DNA of 35,918 bases. Source: Chiloscyllium plagiosum (taxonomy: Eukaryota). Below, piece by piece: positions 33,841 through 35,918 of the stretch. The position numbers and the translations under genes were made by a program. The stretch spans positions 79,788,514 through 79,824,431 of the forward strand of contig NC_057718.1 in assembly GCF_004010195.1 (NCBI RefSeq). The letters are read 5' to 3'. Each line of letters begins with the position of its first letter. Position 1 is the stretch's first letter. The notes beneath the pieces are model-generated. The model saw nothing but the letters and a program-made list of their open reading frames with translations, was not told where the DNA came from and did no database searches.

Positions 33841-33899
33841 GTAATTTTTGTATATTAAAGTTAGTTTATTTGCTCTGCGCAAAAATATTACTATTATAC

Positions 33900-34945
33900 G
33901 GATCAATATGAGCAGCAGGTTCTGATTGTAGTTCAGTGTTCTCTTTTTCTCTCACCTTTTCTATCTCTGTCACCTTGAATCATGGTCAAAGGGCATAAGG
34001 AAAATTTGGCAGCTGTGTGTAATCTCCCTCCATCAAGTGTTCTAATGGATTAAAACCATTCAGCTGTGGTGTAGACTGGTAACTTGACTGAGCTAAAATA
34101 ACAATATCATTCTTCTGTAACAAGGATTTGACAGTGCAGGTCCATATTTTAGGCTCTCCATTGGCTTGTGGGTACTTAGGCAATCTAGTGATGTGGAGAA
34201 AGCCATAGGTGTCAGTGAAGCAATTGATGCAATCATTGGCAACAAGAGAACTGTTGTCAGAGATAACTAAGTCAAGAAAGCCCAGTGTAACATAAATTTC
34301 CTGGAGCATTCCAGTATCCAACTGAGGTGGAGCTGTGCAGTCATTTAATGTTGTTCCACTGAGAACAATAATCCTTGAACATAAAATCTATCTCAAGGGT
34401 GTTTCTAAGGTCAAGATGGGAATGAAGATGTGATCAGTGATTCTTTTGGATCTTGCATATCGATGGCACAAGTAACACAATTGGAAATCATGTCTTTGAA
34501 TAGCTTTTCAGGTTCCTGGACATCAAGGTGAATTGTGGGCCCTGGTCTAGCACTTGGTTACACCCAGGTGCCTCTTATAGAAGAACTGCACAGGTTCTAG
34601 CCTATGGCTCTTGGAATAATGATTCTTTTCTTGTAGACCAATAAGTCATTAAGGAGGCTGCGGTACGATGCTGTTCAAAGTACTGTTTTAAGAATACAAT
34701 TGCTAAGAGCTTACATTGGCCATTCTATAACACAACGTTTCCACGTTTGTACACTTGGTGTCAGATTTTTGAGCTGCTTGAATTTCCTCTAGACTCTGGG
34801 TGATTGCTGGTAATTAAGGAATCAAGGATCTTCAAATCCTCAAGAAAAATGCATTTTGTGTTAAGTAGGCTTCTCACAAGAATGCAAGACAATGCATCTG
34901 CAATGGTTTACTGTTTATCTTGGATATGCTCTGTGAAGAACTACA
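33900..34945 (-). mobile_element. Gypsy/Ty3 pol remnant (RNase H end plus integrase)
   Basis: ORF 33986-34321 reads LVISDN...YGFLHITRLPKYPQANGE...TVKSLLQK...STPQLNGFNP. Upstream are HLGVTKC and NCVTC (zinc-binding region) and IADALS (~34890). The RNaseH-then-integrase order is the Gypsy arrangement. Confidence 0.9.
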
Positions 34946-35401
34946 ACTTGTGCCACATACGTTTAAAGTACATACAGCAAAGTTTGTTTTCACTGGCACC
35001 TTATGAACCAGCACTCTTGATAAAAATCCGGCAAAATTTATGCACCTAAAATATCTGATGTTTACTGTATTATCACCATCTCTGCAATGTCAAAGTAGTC
35101 AGTTAAGGGTGCAAATGAGAAGGGTCTCTGCTGGTAAGCTTTATTCAAGGCAAAGTTGCATCTTTTTTAAGTGATTTATTCTGTAAATAAAGTATAACAG
35201 TGATGTGTGCACCTCCTGCATTATGTTTCCATTATTTAATGTTTGTTTTTACACTGAAAATGTGGACCTCTTCCTCAACTGGAATATTTGATCAAATGGC
35301 ACACTCCTGGTGCAATAGCTGGTAGTTAATAATAGGTTTGCTGTACTCAGGGTGGCACCTTCGTGAATTTTTTACTGTCAAGTAGGGTGAATAATTAGTT
35401 T

Positions 35402-35713
35402 GGGCGGCACGGTGGCACAGTGGTTAGCACTGCTGCCTCACAGCGCCAGAGACCCGGTTCAATTCCCACCTCAGGCTGTGTGGAGTTTACACGTTCTCCC
35501 GTGTCTGCGTGGGTTTCCTCCGGGTGCTCCGGTTTCCTCTCACAGTCCAAAGATGTGCAGGTCAGGTGAATTGGCCATGCTAAATTGCCCGTAGTGTTAG
35601 GTATAGGGGTAAATGTAGGGGTATGGGTGGATTGCGCTTCGGCAGGTCGGTGTGGACTTGTTGGGCCGAAGGGCCTGTTTCCACACTGTAAGTAATCTAA
35701 TCTAATCTAATCT
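35402..35713 (+). mobile_element. HE1-type SINE, full length, young subfamily
   Basis: Close reverse-complement match to 78-396, including the short body variant and (TAATC)n tail. Confidence 0.94.
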
Positions 35714-35771
35714 TATGGCTTGCCTGAATAGTAAACCTGAGGCCTAGAATGTAATTTGATACATTTTTACA

Positions 35772-35918
35772 GGTTCTGGATTAGTGGTGCTGGAAGAGCA
35801 CAGCAGTTCAGGCAGCATCCAAGGGGCAGCGAAATCGACGTTTCGGGCAAAAGCCCTTCATCAGGAATAAAGGCAGTGAACCTGAAGCGTGGAGAGATAA
35901 GCTAGAGGAGGGTGGGGG
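35772..35918 (-). mobile_element. Penelope-like element 3' end, running off the window
   Basis: gtggtgctggaagagcacagcag..ggcagcatcc..tcgacgtttcgggc, homologous to 28330-28420 in reverse. CpGs are retained. Confidence 0.88.
35837..35864 (-). ncRNA. Minimal hammerhead ribozyme motif, best-preserved copy
   Basis: CUGAUGA-A-GGGC-UUUU-GCCC-GAAA-CGUC, with an intact core, perfect helix II, palindromic ACGU helix III region and GUC triplet. Confidence 0.72.

Noticed and set aside
35402..35475. SINE heads as tRNA genes
   Set aside because: They have A/B boxes but continue into SINE bodies and tails; no complete cloverleaf was established.

Overview
This is vertebrate genomic DNA dominated by transposable elements. 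The repeat families (HE1/V-SINE-type tRNA SINEs, CR1/HER1-type LINEs, Penelope elements) point to a cartilaginous fish, most likely a shark; this is an inference from recalled repeat sequences. No complete protein-coding gene, CRISPR array or functional RNA gene is supported, and almost all ORFs in the track are fragments or antisense frames of repeats. The window holds about a dozen CR1 fragments, seven HE1-type SINEs, a second SINE family, L2 fragments, one decayed Penelope RT/GIY-YIG copy with several short Penelope end-fragments, two Gypsy pol remnants, a 755-bp solo LTR, and two TA-flanked Tigger/pogo-type MITEs. The main points of interest are: (i) hammerhead-ribozyme cores (CUGANGA-stem-GAAA) in the Penelope end-fragments, including one in a 104-bp insertion with a 13-bp TSD and one looped out by a 29-bp hairpin; (ii) three candidate + strand exons of an unidentified host gene (3625-3748, 10914-11006, 16478-16528); (iii) a MITE with a decayed NRF1-like motif array and a MITE resembling mammalian MER44/Tigger7; (iv) a recent ~230-bp direct duplication bracketing one candidate exon; (v) a possible composite SINE. 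Boundaries of old repeats are approximate and no database search was run.
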